In this document: piece after piece, positions 16,662-25,875 of the stretch | Numbering within the stretch: the first letter of the stretch is position 1 | Layout of the letters: each line of letters starts with the position of its first letter | The notes under the pieces: model-generated | Told to the model about the DNA's origin: nothing | The model's database searches: none | Seen by the model: the letters and a program-made list of their open reading frames with translations, nothing else | IMG/VR virus record: IMGVR_UViG_3300017991_000137 | Coordinates: 1 to 54,558 of that record | DNA length: 54,558 nucleotides | From: a virus | Lineage: Duplodnaviria > Caudoviricetes | Direction: 5' to 3' (one strand) | Translations under genes and position numbers: made by a program

Positions 16662-18156
16662 GAAGCAACAGGTGGCTCTCGTCATCGGGCCCACGATGTT
16701 CGACATCGCGGAACAGGGTGAGGTCACCCGAACTGATCAAACTGCCCCGGTTCCGATCCTCGATGTCCACCACACCAATCTACTGTTCGGCGGCGGCGCC
16801 CACGCGTTCATGTCTGTGCTGGAGTTGCAGTGCCCTGCGGTGTTTATCACGATGCTCGGCACCGACAAGCACAGCGTGAAGTTCCGCCCAACTCTCGAGG
16901 CGGCGGGTATGAATCCGTCGTTCCTCATGGAGATCGTTGACCCGAACTACGATCCGCAGACCAACGTACGCCAGTACGCGGGTACGCGGCTCATGTCTCG
17001 GCAGTGTATCGGCGGCAAAAACCTGCCGAACGCGGACAACACGATCATGCACGAGTTCCACCGGGCGCTCCAGCTGTTCGACGTACAAGTGATCCTGCTG
17101 TCCGACTACGACAGGGGTGTCTGTACACCCCATGTGGTCACAGAGGTCATTGCGTACGCCAATCAGGTCGATATCCCGGTTGTTGTCGATCCGGTGCCCC
17201 ACCGATTCGGGGAGTACCGTGGCGCAACGATCATCACGCCGAACAAGCAAGAGCTCTTCGAAGGCGTCAAGACGGAGCACGAGACCACCGTCGAGCTGGC
17301 TAGTGCCTACGTCGTCGACCACATGGGGATCAAGAACTGTATCACCACATGTGGCGAGGACGGCATTGTGCTGGCGAGAGAGGGCCTCAAGAAGATCAAG
17401 GTCGTCGACGCAATGACCGCCGACGAGATTGATACCTGCGGCTGCGGCGATGCTGTGGCCGCGGCAGCGACAATGGCTCTGTTCACGGGAGAAGGTGCTG
17501 AGTGTGCCGCCCGATATGCACTCGCCGCCGGAGCCTGTCAGGCTGAGCGGATCTGTGCCTATCCTGTATCCATGATGGACGTGCACCTGAAACTGGCCTG
17601 TGAGCTTGACGAGATCAAGAACATGAACGTCAGGGGTGCCGGTACGCTCTGCAAGTCCGCGCGCGAGAACGGGCAGATCGTCGGAGTAGCCAATGGCGTG
17701 TTCGATATGCTGCATCCTGGCCATGTCCACCTGCTGGAGCAGGCTGCGGAGGAATGCGACGTGCTGGTCGTGTTAATGAACACGGACGAGTCGGCCGAGC
17801 GGATCAAGCGGAAGCCGACAATGTCCTATGACATGCGAGCTCGCATGATACAAGTTCTCAATGGTGTGGATATCATCGTCCCGTTCGACGGGGATACACC
17901 CACGCCGGAGATCATCATGCTGCGGCCCAACTTGCTGTTCAAGGGTCCCGAATTCAAGGACCTGGAGGATGACGTCCCTGGCGTCGCCGAAATGGCAGCA
18001 TGGGGTGGCAGGTTCATCGCCGTGGAGCCCGCTCTCGATATGAGCACCACGAAGATCATCGATCGCATTCGAGGCGTAGATGCAGAAATCTCGGAAGCTG
18101 CTCCGGCAGGAGAAGCTGCAAAGAGCCCTGAGGGGGCTGGAGACGTTGCGGAATGA
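16636..18156 (+). CDS. hldE: Bifunctional heptose-7-phosphate kinase / heptose-1-phosphate adenylyltransferase (HldE/RfaE-like)
   Basis: PfkB part: LLSDYDRGV, VVVDP, YRGATIITPN..E, DTCGCGD. Nucleotidyltransferase part: NGVFDMLHPGH, NTDES, STTKII. AAGGAGG RBS. Confidence 0.88.
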   Translation: MTNSTEAAEKQQVALVIGPTMFDIAEQGEVTRTDQTAPVPILDVHHTNLLFGGGAHAFMSVLELQCPAVFITMLGTDKHSVKFRPTLEAAGMNPSFLMEIVDPNYDPQTNVRQYAGTRLMSRQCIGGKNLPNADNTIMHEFHRALQLFDVQVILLSDYDRGVCTPHVVTEVIAYANQVDIPVVVDPVPHRFGEYRGATIITPNKQELFEGVKTEHETTVELASAYVVDHMGIKNCITTCGEDGIVLAREGLKKIKVVDAMTADEIDTCGCGDAVAAAATMALFTGEGAECAARYALAAGACQAERICAYPVSMMDVHLKLACELDEIKNMNVRGAGTLCKSARENGQIVGVANGVFDMLHPGHVHLLEQAAEECDVLVVLMNTDESAERIKRKPTMSYDMRARMIQVLNGVDIIVPFDGDTPTPEIIMLRPNLLFKGPEFKDLEDDVPGVAEMAAWGGRFIAVEPALDMSTTKIIDRIRGVDAEISEAAPAGEAAKSPEGAGDVAE

Positions 18157-18409
18157 GCTCGCATTCGAGCAGATCCGCATCGTCGTGAGTGACGAAGATC
18201 GTCACTGGCAGTTCTTCTACGGAGGCAGTCACATAGCAGATTACTGGCCAGCTTCTGGGCGCGGACATATCGTAGGTACGGAGAAATCCGTAGTCTGCGC
18301 TAGTGTCTCTCAGGCCCAGAAGCTGGCAGAGTCTGCTAAGAAGCAGATGTTCAAGAGGATCCAGCAGGCAATGGCGTTGCCGATTGAAGCTCCTCCCGGA
18401 GAATCTTGA
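18080..18409 (+). CDS. Hypothetical protein
   Basis: GAGG RBS; overlaps the hldE end and the csrA end. Confidence 0.6.
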   Translation: MQKSRKLLRQEKLQRALRGLETLRNELAFEQIRIVVSDEDRHWQFFYGGSHIADYWPASGRGHIVGTEKSVVCASVSQAQKLAESAKKQMFKRIQQAMALPIEAPPGES

Positions 18410-18524
18410 TCTCCTTGGGAGCGTCGATACCGATGCGCACTTCCTTGCCTGCCCGTACGACGGTGATGACAACGTCGTCACCGACGCGGATACGTTCACC
18501 TTCTTTGCGGGATAATACGAGCAT
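18351..18524 (-). CDS. csrA: Carbon storage regulator CsrA/RsmA (57 aa, missed by ORF track)
   Basis: MLVLSRKEGERIRVGDDVVITVVRAGKEVRIGIDAPKEIKILREEL...; AAGGAGG RBS. Confidence 0.95.
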   Translation of the reverse strand: MLVLSRKEGERIRVGDDVVITVVRAGKEVRIGIDAPKEIKILREELQSATPLPAGSS

Positions 18525-18553
18525 GGTAACCTCCTTGCAGTAGTGTTGTCCCC

Positions 18554-18582
18554 AATATACACGGTAATTACCACCAAATCAA
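18554..18582 (-). promoter_or_regulatory. Sigma70-type promoter of csrA
   Basis: TTGATT-17-TATATT; palindrome GGTAATTACC in the spacer. Confidence 0.65.
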
Positions 18583-18594
18583 CTGGAGGGAAAG

Positions 18595-18966
18595 GTGCCT
18601 TCACGTTACTACCAACGCCTGTATGCCGACGCCTTCGAAAGGGATCGGGTGGCGTTGGCAACACTCATTCGCATGTTAGGCATGACGGAAGTCGATAAGC
18701 TGGTCTGGGATAAGGGCTTTTGGGAGCACGAACCTATCGACCAGGCAATGGAACACGCACGCGGTCTCACAGATATGAAGGACTGGTTTTACGACCGGCT
18801 AAAGAATATGCTAGTAGAGAACCGCGTGACCGTTCTGGGCGTCACCCCAGACAACACAGTGGAGCCGATACGCGATCCAGCGGTCATCGACTTCGACGAC
18901 GAGGTGTTCCATACCGAGGAAGCATTCTTCAACATTTTGGAGAAGATACGCACCCTCGACGACTGA
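18595..18966 (+). CDS. Hypothetical protein
   Basis: GGAGG RBS plus GTG start. Confidence 0.7.
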   Translation: MPSRYYQRLYADAFERDRVALATLIRMLGMTEVDKLVWDKGFWEHEPIDQAMEHARGLTDMKDWFYDRLKNMLVENRVTVLGVTPDNTVEPIRDPAVIDFDDEVFHTEEAFFNILEKIRTLDD

Positions 18967-18988
18967 ATTTTGTTCCGGAGAACAAGAT
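18967..18988. promoter_or_regulatory. 22-bp palindrome copy 4 (ATTTTGTTC-CGGA-GAACAAGAT)
   Basis: Fills the intergenic gap and overlaps the Mre11 ATG at 18987. Confidence 0.75.
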
Positions 18989-20165
18989 GCCGAGAAAGCC
19001 ACTTGCGATTATCACTGCCGATTGGCATATCCGACGTCAGGACCGTGTATGGTACCGCCGGGAGACTCTGTCCGGCGATACCAGCTACGGTATCCAACAG
19101 GTTGTCAATCTGGCCGAACACTACCGCCCGGAGGCCGTATTTCTCCTGGGCGACCTATTTGATCAGCGACTACAACAGTCCGATGCCCTGATGACAATGC
19201 GGCGTGCCATGAAGCAGTTTGAGTTCATGCATGTCGAAGTACCATTTGTCCAGGGGCAGCACGAACTGTCGTACCCACCGCTGATGTGCGCTATCCATGG
19301 GTGGCCTGACCACCGGCATTCTGAGACGTTCGAGGTGGGTAACGCCGTCGCGTATGGACTCGATTATCAGAGACCACGCGACGTTGAATCCGCCCTGAAT
19401 GATGTCCCGGAAGTTGACCTTCTTCTTACCCATCAGGTCTGGAAGGACTTCATGGGCGACGACCGCGGTGATGCCTGGTTCAGCTCGGCAACACCGTCGA
19501 TCATTGCAACGGGCGACTACCACAAGACGGTGGTCGCCGATTACGGAACCAAACGAGTGATTTCGCCCGGCCCGCTGTGTATGCAGAACATCGGGGAGGA
19601 GCCAGCCAAGAGCGTCGTGCTGCTTTACGACGATCTGACGACGGCAATCATCCCCCTCAAGAGCCGCGGAGTGTTTCACTGTCGGATACACACGGAAGAG
19701 GAGCTCCAGAGCTTCATCGACACCTGGAAAGACAACCCGGCACGCGTGCCGCAAGAGATGGTGCATACTAGCGTACGTACCAACATCCTGCGGGTATGGT
19801 ATCGGGCCGACATTCCAGAAGCACGTCCTCGGATTGAGGGCTGCGTCGGTAGCTCGGTGCATCTTTTCCTACAAGTGATGCCCGTTGAGGACCCACAGAT
19901 AACCCTCGATGCGGAACGGCGCGTGACCGCCGTGCTGCAAGGTGGGTTGGTAGGTTGCATCAACGAGCTATACAGCGAGAACCCGGCCGTCAGAGACGAC
20001 GCCATCAGGCTGGCTCGCACCAAAGACTTCAAATCTGAACTTCAACACTTGTATACCGAAAGACTTAAAGATGGCATTGACAGTGACGGAAAAGGAGTAC
20101 TTCCGACAAAGGCTCCGACAGATCCACGAACGGGAGAAACAGCGAATCGCGGCTGCGAACCCTGA
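18987..20165 (+). CDS. Mre11/SbcD-like nuclease
   Basis: ITADWH, LGDLFD, GQHE, LTHQ, GDYH, SPG motifs; Rad50 gene downstream. Confidence 0.85.
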   Translation: MPRKPLAIITADWHIRRQDRVWYRRETLSGDTSYGIQQVVNLAEHYRPEAVFLLGDLFDQRLQQSDALMTMRRAMKQFEFMHVEVPFVQGQHELSYPPLMCAIHGWPDHRHSETFEVGNAVAYGLDYQRPRDVESALNDVPEVDLLLTHQVWKDFMGDDRGDAWFSSATPSIIATGDYHKTVVADYGTKRVISPGPLCMQNIGEEPAKSVVLLYDDLTTAIIPLKSRGVFHCRIHTEEELQSFIDTWKDNPARVPQEMVHTSVRTNILRVWYRADIPEARPRIEGCVGSSVHLFLQVMPVEDPQITLDAERRVTAVLQGGLVGCINELYSENPAVRDDAIRLARTKDFKSELQHLYTERLKDGIDSDGKGVLPTKAPTDPRTGETANRGCEP

Positions 20166-20751
20166 CTGGGACAAGGAACTTGCGGCGATGGCGCACGAAG
20201 CCGTAGCCGACAAGACTAATTGCGACGATCTCTTCGAGAAGATCCGCAAGTGCGACGAGAAGCTTTCCAAGCTCCACGACGAGGGAGAGAAGGCAAAGAA
20301 AGCGCACGCGGCCAAAGTCGAAGCCGTTGAGCAGCTCAAAGAATCTTTCCAGCGGGATATTGTCAGCCGCGCAACCGGCATCCCGCCGAACGACTGTCAT
20401 CTTGGGTCGTACCAATACGGGCACAACCCGGAGTCAGTCCCGTTCGGAAAGTTCCCACAAGCAGCGGCGCAGGCGTTACGCAGCCAAGTAAAAGACGCGG
20501 AACGAGCGGTCCGCTTTACGCATCCCGTCGGTGCTCAGCTGGAAGCATTGAAAGATCGTGTCGCATACTACGAGGACCAGTTACTGGCCTGCAATCAACA
20601 TACAGCACTCCAAGCCATCTGGGATGAGCTCACCGAGGAACTCGGCGACTTCGACCCCGATGCACTCACCAAACGCCAACCACGAAGGGTGCGAACCGAT
20701 CGTAATGGCAAAAAGCAAGGCGCGGAAGCAGAAGGTGTCGCCACTGGGTAA
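20071..20751 (+). CDS. Coiled-coil hypothetical protein
   Basis: Long helical ORF with typical codon usage. Confidence 0.7.
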   Translation: MALTVTEKEYFRQRLRQIHEREKQRIAAANPDWDKELAAMAHEAVADKTNCDDLFEKIRKCDEKLSKLHDEGEKAKKAHAAKVEAVEQLKESFQRDIVSRATGIPPNDCHLGSYQYGHNPESVPFGKFPQAAAQALRSQVKDAERAVRFTHPVGAQLEALKDRVAYYEDQLLACNQHTALQAIWDELTEELGDFDPDALTKRQPRRVRTDRNGKKQGAEAEGVATG

Positions 20752-21583
20752 GATCCACGGCGGCAAAGCCTATCTCGCTCGGAGGATCATTGCTCTGCAT
20801 CCTCCCGCAATTCAGTATAAGAAACACGTGGAAGCCTACGGCGGTCTGGCCTCGGTCAAGTTGAACTTGCCCGAGCCAACCCGCCAGTGGCCCCGCATTG
20901 ACGTATACAACGACACGAACACTCGGCTCACGCACATGTTCACCATGCTGCGTGACGAGCCGGAGGTCATGAAGATTCTGCTTCAAACGACGCTGTATTC
21001 CGAAGCTGAATTTGAAACCGCTAAGGATCCGGCAGCATACGCCGCCGCCAACGATGCGGAGAAAGCGCGTCTGACCTACATTCTGCATCAGATGTCGTTC
21101 GGCGGGCGGAAGAAGGACTTTTCCCGGTCCAAGAGCCGCACACGCCGTGGCATATCCGATGTGGTGTCTGGGCATCTCGGGAGCATACACGATATGCTGC
21201 CCACCATCCTGGACACGGTCCAGTGCTGGCAGATAGAGAACCAGCCAGCCATCGCCTGTATGACGTATCACGACGCTGCTACGACGATGTTCTATCTGGA
21301 CCCGCCGTATCTCCCGTCGACACGCGCCAAAGGCAGCCGTAAGGCGTACGGCGAGAACGAGATGACGTATGAGCAGCACGAGGAGCTGTTGGCCGCTATA
21401 CGCAAGCTGAAGGGCAAAGTGCTCATCAGCGGGTACTCGTCGGACCTGTACATTACAGAGCTGGAGGAGAACGGCTGGATTCGGCACGAGTTCGAAATCG
21501 CGAACCATGCTGCCGGTCCCGGTAAACAGAAGCGGCGCATGGTAGAATGCGCCTGGTCTAACTACGAGGTGAAGGATGCTTAA
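20705..21583 (+). CDS. Dam-like (D12 class) DNA adenine methyltransferase
   Basis: GGKAYL, EAYGG, VYND, FYLDPPY, LISGY. Confidence 0.9.
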   Translation: MAKSKARKQKVSPLGKIHGGKAYLARRIIALHPPAIQYKKHVEAYGGLASVKLNLPEPTRQWPRIDVYNDTNTRLTHMFTMLRDEPEVMKILLQTTLYSEAEFETAKDPAAYAAANDAEKARLTYILHQMSFGGRKKDFSRSKSRTRRGISDVVSGHLGSIHDMLPTILDTVQCWQIENQPAIACMTYHDAATTMFYLDPPYLPSTRAKGSRKAYGENEMTYEQHEELLAAIRKLKGKVLISGYSSDLYITELEENGWIRHEFEIANHAAGPGKQKRRMVECAWSNYEVKDA

Positions 21584-21902
21584 TTCACTGTATCAATCAC
21601 ACCATACACCCATTGTCCCTCGATTCATCCGCAATCTGCGGTGGTGCTGCGAGGCATATGGGCATGTTAAAATCAACCTTTCACACGTGTGTAAAGGTGA
21701 GGATCCGGCGCAGTATGCCCGTAAAGGACGTCGCTCGCACGGACTAACTCTTCCACAGGCAGTGCGGCTGTTCGCGCCGGAGTTGCTTCGCGAAGGGCTC
21801 GTCTCCTTCTTTGACGACCCGGAGAAGCATCGGCTCGATCCGCCAATAGCACCTGTAGGCATCATTCAACAAGGAGAACCTAGTGGCCAAGAAAGTGGAT
21901 GA
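21576..21902 (+). CDS. Hypothetical protein
   Basis: Coupled to neighbouring genes. Confidence 0.55.
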   Translation: MLNSLYQSHHTPIVPRFIRNLRWCCEAYGHVKINLSHVCKGEDPAQYARKGRRSHGLTLPQAVRLFAPELLREGLVSFFDDPEKHRLDPPIAPVGIIQQGEPSGQESG

Positions 21903-22254
21903 CGCTCTGATGTACAGGGCTATCGAGAGTTTTTGTTCGTTCCGCCGTCTGCTCGAGGCTGCCATCCGGCACGCCAAGGAATGCGGCGACGCGCTCAACG
22001 AGATCATGGATGTCGTCGCACCAAAGACCAGCCAAGCCAGTAAGTGGGCCGCCTTCTGTACAGAGAAGTTGCCCATGGACTGCGACATGGCTGACAGGCT
22101 GCTGGACTTTTCCCTGCTGCCTAGCGTGACCCGCGACGATTTCCTTCCAGGCACAGCGAGAGAAGTATCGCTCCTCATGGAGCTCTTCGAATATCTCCTG
22201 CCAGAACAAGACGAGGACGAAGACGACGATGCTGATTCGCCGGATTCAACTTGA
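21883..22254 (+). CDS. Hypothetical protein with acidic tail
   Basis: AAGGAG RBS plus GTG start. Confidence 0.65.
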   Translation: MAKKVDDALMYRAIESFCSFRRLLEAAIRHAKECGDALNEIMDVVAPKTSQASKWAAFCTEKLPMDCDMADRLLDFSLLPSVTRDDFLPGTAREVSLLMELFEYLLPEQDEDEDDDADSPDST

Positions 22255-24352
22255 GAACTTTTGCCAGCACCGGCGCCAAGACATACGATTGGTGCCTGGA
22301 CTCAACATGATTGTTGGGTCCAACGGTGCTGGAAAAACGAACCTGCTGCGTGCCATCCAGTTTGCCATGATCGGAGATTCCGGCGGCGAACGGGAGAAGG
22401 CTGCAGACATCTACCAGGGCTGTGGCCCGAAAGACCGCTCATTCGTGCAGATGGAGTTCTCGCACGGCGAGCACGAGATGACCGTGACCCGAAGCCTGCA
22501 GCCGTCGTCCAACGAGTTGGTGATCGGCGAGGCGTCCTGGAGCACGGTCAACACGATCAACGAGGAGATCGGCCGACGGCTGGGTGCCAGCAAGCGGCAG
22601 ATCAGCGACTACGTGTTCGTGAAACAGCGAGGCGTCGACAGCATGTTCGACCAGAAGCCGGCGGAGCGAGCATCATCGCTTGCATCGCTATTTGGCCTGG
22701 AGAACGCCGAGAAGATCTGGCGGTACGTTGGCGAGTTCACCAAAGACATCGAGGTCCCTACCACATTGATGGGCGAGGCCGCGATCATGAACGAGCTCAC
22801 CGCCGCCCAGACAGCTGCCGACGACATCGTAGAGGAAATGGAGTCAATCGACATCCCGGAGGACGTCGAGGAGTACTCTGCCGATCAGAACCGGATCATT
22901 ACCGGCTTCGATACCAGACTGCGCCTTGCCAACGACCGCGATATCGTACAGAAGCGAATCGACGGTAAGCTTGGTGAGCTCGGCGAGCTTGCGGAAGAAA
23001 CGAAGGTCATCCAAGTCGACATCGACGCTTTGGCAGATGCCCTCGTGCACATCGCTGGCGATGTTGCCACGGCGAAGAAGAATCTGTCCCAGTGGCAGAC
23101 CTACCATGCGACCCAGGCAGCTCGCGAGCAACTTGCCAAGGACGAGGCCGACTACCAGAAACAGCGGGCCGACTTCGGCGAGATCCCGGACGAGCCCATC
23201 ATGGACGACGAGCAGCGAGAGCGGCTTACCAAGCTGCGTGCTACTTGTGCCACTCTGCGGCAGCGCATCAAGGACCTGGACAGCATGGCGACGATATGTC
23301 CCACGTGCAACCAGGAACTGCCCGATGCCCATACCGTGGGCGAACAGCTGGTCAATCTGCGAGAGACGCTACAGATTGCGGAGCATGACAAGCTGCCACT
23401 GGAAATGCTCGCCGAAGAGGTCGAGGAGTTCAAGAAGTGGCGGGAAGAATGTCAGGCGTTCGCCGACTGGAAGGCATCTCTTCAAGAACGGGCAGCGGCA
23501 TTGTCGACGCTAACCGCGCCGAACATGCCGGAGTCCGACTGCAAAGAGATCCTTGAAGAGCAGGAGTCGTTCTCCACCGCACTTGTTGATCTGCAGAAGG
23601 CGAAGACCGAGATTGAACAGGAACAGGCCAAAGTCGGTGGTGCTCTCGAGCAACTCCGCGAACGACTGGCCAACGTAACCAAGCAGTTGCAAGACATTCC
23701 TGTCGTGCTAGCAGAGGAAGCAGATACCGCACGGAGCAATCTTGGGTCTCTCCGTAACAAGCTCGGACAGCGCAATGAGCTCAGCCGCAACCTGGCTGTA
23801 GCACAAGCGACTATCCAACGCTGGGAGGATCTCCTCGGCGACGTACGCGCCACGCTGGAATCTGCGGGGCGAATACGCGAGGTCGTTGCCCACCTCGAAG
23901 AGGTGCGAAACGTCTTTCATCGCAATGAGGCTCCCCGTGTGGTAAGCTATACGTATATCGAGCAAATGCTCGAGGACGTGAACAGGACCCTCGAAATCTT
24001 CGAGGCGCCGTTCCGTGTCGAAATGGACGAGTATCTGGGTTTCACGGCACGCTTCTTAGATGGTGTGCGTGTGCAACCCGATCGACGACTGTCAGTTGGC
24101 GAACGAATCGTGTTGGCTATGGCGTTCCGGATCACCGTGAATGCTACATTCGCCGGCCAAGTGGGCTTGCTCATCATGGATGAGCCAACCGCAGGGCTGG
24201 ATGAACACAATCTTGGCTGCTTGCCGCGGGCCCTTGAGCGCCTACGTGAGCTGTCGCATGAGCGTGGCCTGCAAGTCCTGTTCGTCACCCATGAACCGAG
24301 GATTGGCCATCTCTTCGACCACCAGATCACACTCAACAATGAAGGCAGTTGA
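22229..24352 (+). CDS. Rad50/SbcC-like ATPase
   Basis: GSNGAGKT, coiled coils, CPTC Zn hook, LSVGE signature, MDEPT, VTH. Confidence 0.92.
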   Translation: MLIRRIQLENFCQHRRQDIRLVPGLNMIVGSNGAGKTNLLRAIQFAMIGDSGGEREKAADIYQGCGPKDRSFVQMEFSHGEHEMTVTRSLQPSSNELVIGEASWSTVNTINEEIGRRLGASKRQISDYVFVKQRGVDSMFDQKPAERASSLASLFGLENAEKIWRYVGEFTKDIEVPTTLMGEAAIMNELTAAQTAADDIVEEMESIDIPEDVEEYSADQNRIITGFDTRLRLANDRDIVQKRIDGKLGELGELAEETKVIQVDIDALADALVHIAGDVATAKKNLSQWQTYHATQAAREQLAKDEADYQKQRADFGEIPDEPIMDDEQRERLTKLRATCATLRQRIKDLDSMATICPTCNQELPDAHTVGEQLVNLRETLQIAEHDKLPLEMLAEEVEEFKKWREECQAFADWKASLQERAAALSTLTAPNMPESDCKEILEEQESFSTALVDLQKAKTEIEQEQAKVGGALEQLRERLANVTKQLQDIPVVLAEEADTARSNLGSLRNKLGQRNELSRNLAVAQATIQRWEDLLGDVRATLESAGRIREVVAHLEEVRNVFHRNEAPRVVSYTYIEQMLEDVNRTLEIFEAPFRVEMDEYLGFTARFLDGVRVQPDRRLSVGERIVLAMAFRITVNATFAGQVGLLIMDEPTAGLDEHNLGCLPRALERLRELSHERGLQVLFVTHEPRIGHLFDHQITLNNEGS

Positions 24353-25358
24353 TCGAAAAGCGTTGAAATTGCACGTATCGGACGGCAAGGTTTGGTACAT
24401 TCGCGGCGCCGGTATGCCGGAGCCATCGCATGTCTCTGTGGACGAGTTCTTGGAAGGGCCAGTTGCCCGATCCGCGGACCACTTCCGCCTTGTCGGCTCG
24501 CACAGCAACGCTGTGTTGATCACTAAATTGTTCCACCTCAAACAGAAGGATCTCATTTCCAGCGTAGAGGTAGCGACGCCGCTCGTCTGTGTTACAGAGG
24601 CAGAGCGACGTAACCCAGAGGCCATGTTGGCCCGCATGCGGTTGTGCTCCCAGCCTCCCAGCAAGGGCGGCTTCCACGAAGTGACAGAGAACGACTACAG
24701 ATCGTATGCGTTGTCCGTCGAAGTGCTAAAAGCCGCAAAACACGGAGCAGCAACCAGCAAGCAGGCCCTCCGGCTGTTGAACAGCCATCCCGCGTGGAAG
24801 GCACTATCGTTCATCACCTCTCTCGACCCGGCACACGTAGCCGGACTCATCTCGTATATCCGCGATCCACGGTGGTTCATCGACCCGTGCTATCCAGATC
24901 GGCTTGGCAAGCTTGAGGCTTCTTTGGGACTAAATCCGAAGACCCAAGCCGGTGTGGCTGGCGTAGCGCCCAAGTGGCGGCACCATCAGCGGTGCTCACT
25001 TGTGCTTCGCTGCTGGAAGAATGACGCCAAGATCCCGGAGGTTAAAGAGAACTTCGAATTGGTGACGCCATTACCCGTTCCGAGCTGTCATCAGATCGGT
25101 TTAGCGCCATACGATTTCGCATGGCGTGTATGGGGCAATCGTATGGGCATCGGTTTGCCCAACGTAGAGCCCAACCCCGTGCTCGCCGATCTGCGTGCGT
25201 CGCAACGTCTAATCGCGTTCCTTCGACACACATGGTTAAGCGAGCTTTATCTGGACTCTCAGGCTGTGCCTGAGATGCAAGCCCCGCTATTCCGTCCGCG
25301 AGACTTCTTCCACTACGAAACGGAAGTCGCAGCGTACGAAGAGCATTGCCTTATGTAA
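24339..25358 (+). CDS. Divergent IS110/Nop-domain (Tas-like) protein, apparently lacking DEDD catalytic residues
   Basis: HPAWKALSFITSLDPAHVAGLISYIRDPRWF...KLEASLGLNP and RASQRLIAFLRHTW resemble the Transposase_20/Nop domain; N-terminus has RNase H-like strand/helix order. Confidence 0.55.
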   Translation: MKAVDRKALKLHVSDGKVWYIRGAGMPEPSHVSVDEFLEGPVARSADHFRLVGSHSNAVLITKLFHLKQKDLISSVEVATPLVCVTEAERRNPEAMLARMRLCSQPPSKGGFHEVTENDYRSYALSVEVLKAAKHGAATSKQALRLLNSHPAWKALSFITSLDPAHVAGLISYIRDPRWFIDPCYPDRLGKLEASLGLNPKTQAGVAGVAPKWRHHQRCSLVLRCWKNDAKIPEVKENFELVTPLPVPSCHQIGLAPYDFAWRVWGNRMGIGLPNVEPNPVLADLRASQRLIAFLRHTWLSELYLDSQAVPEMQAPLFRPRDFFHYETEVAAYEEHCLM

Positions 25359-25367
25359 AGGATAACC

Positions 25368-25742
25368 ATGTTAAATCCAAGTGACGTTCAAGAAGCCGTA
25401 CGCGCCAAACTCGCAGCCGAGATCGTCGAGCGATTGACGCCCGACGAGATCACGGCGTTGTTGACCAACACGCTTACTGCGCTGTTGGAGGAGTGGACGT
25501 TCAAGACCGAACTCCGTGATGCGCTGGCCAAGCGGGCGAGGAAGATAGCGAAGGAGATCCTCAAGAGTGAAGAGTGGGAAGGCAAGATCCGTCAAGCTGT
25601 GATGGACGGATTCGATGACTATCTCGAAAACCTTAGTCCTGCTTTGGAGGACACGCTGAACGACACCTTCATCGGCAGCAGTGGCCAGTTCGGGCATCAG
25701 TCCCGACTGGGCTATTTTCTGGAAAAGCGGACAGGTAGTTGA
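25368..25742 (+). CDS. Hypothetical helical protein
   Basis: AAGGA RBS. Confidence 0.7.
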   Translation: MLNPSDVQEAVRAKLAAEIVERLTPDEITALLTNTLTALLEEWTFKTELRDALAKRARKIAKEILKSEEWEGKIRQAVMDGFDDYLENLSPALEDTLNDTFIGSSGQFGHQSRLGYFLEKRTGS

Positions 25743-25815
25743 CCACTAAATATGGGACACGTCTCCCATATGGATACAAAATATGGGATACTACCCAGCA
25801 CGTCAGTTTTGCCCG

Positions 25816-25844
25816 TTGACAGGATCGGCGGGGCTGGGTAGTAT
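25816..25844 (+). promoter_or_regulatory. Sigma70-type promoter of the RAMP-like gene
   Basis: TTGACA-17-TAGTAT, inside a 13-bp inverted repeat (25787-25799/25833-25845). Confidence 0.75.
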
Positions 25845-25875
25845 CGGGAGAGTCGATGGGTAAAAGGATGGACCC

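Noticed and set aside
24339-25358. Active IS110 insertion sequence
   Set aside because: No DEDD residues recognisable, no non-coding IS ends, and the gene is tightly packed with its neighbours.
25822-25851. 5-nt periodic GG tract (GGATC GGCGG GGCTG GGTAG TATCG GGAGA), and GGTCA GGTCG GGCCT at 26460-26474, as GGY-NN repeat guide RNAs
   Set aside because: Only three consecutive GGY units each. The first is the promoter spacer and -10 box and the second a terminator arm, so chance in GC-rich DNA is sufficient.
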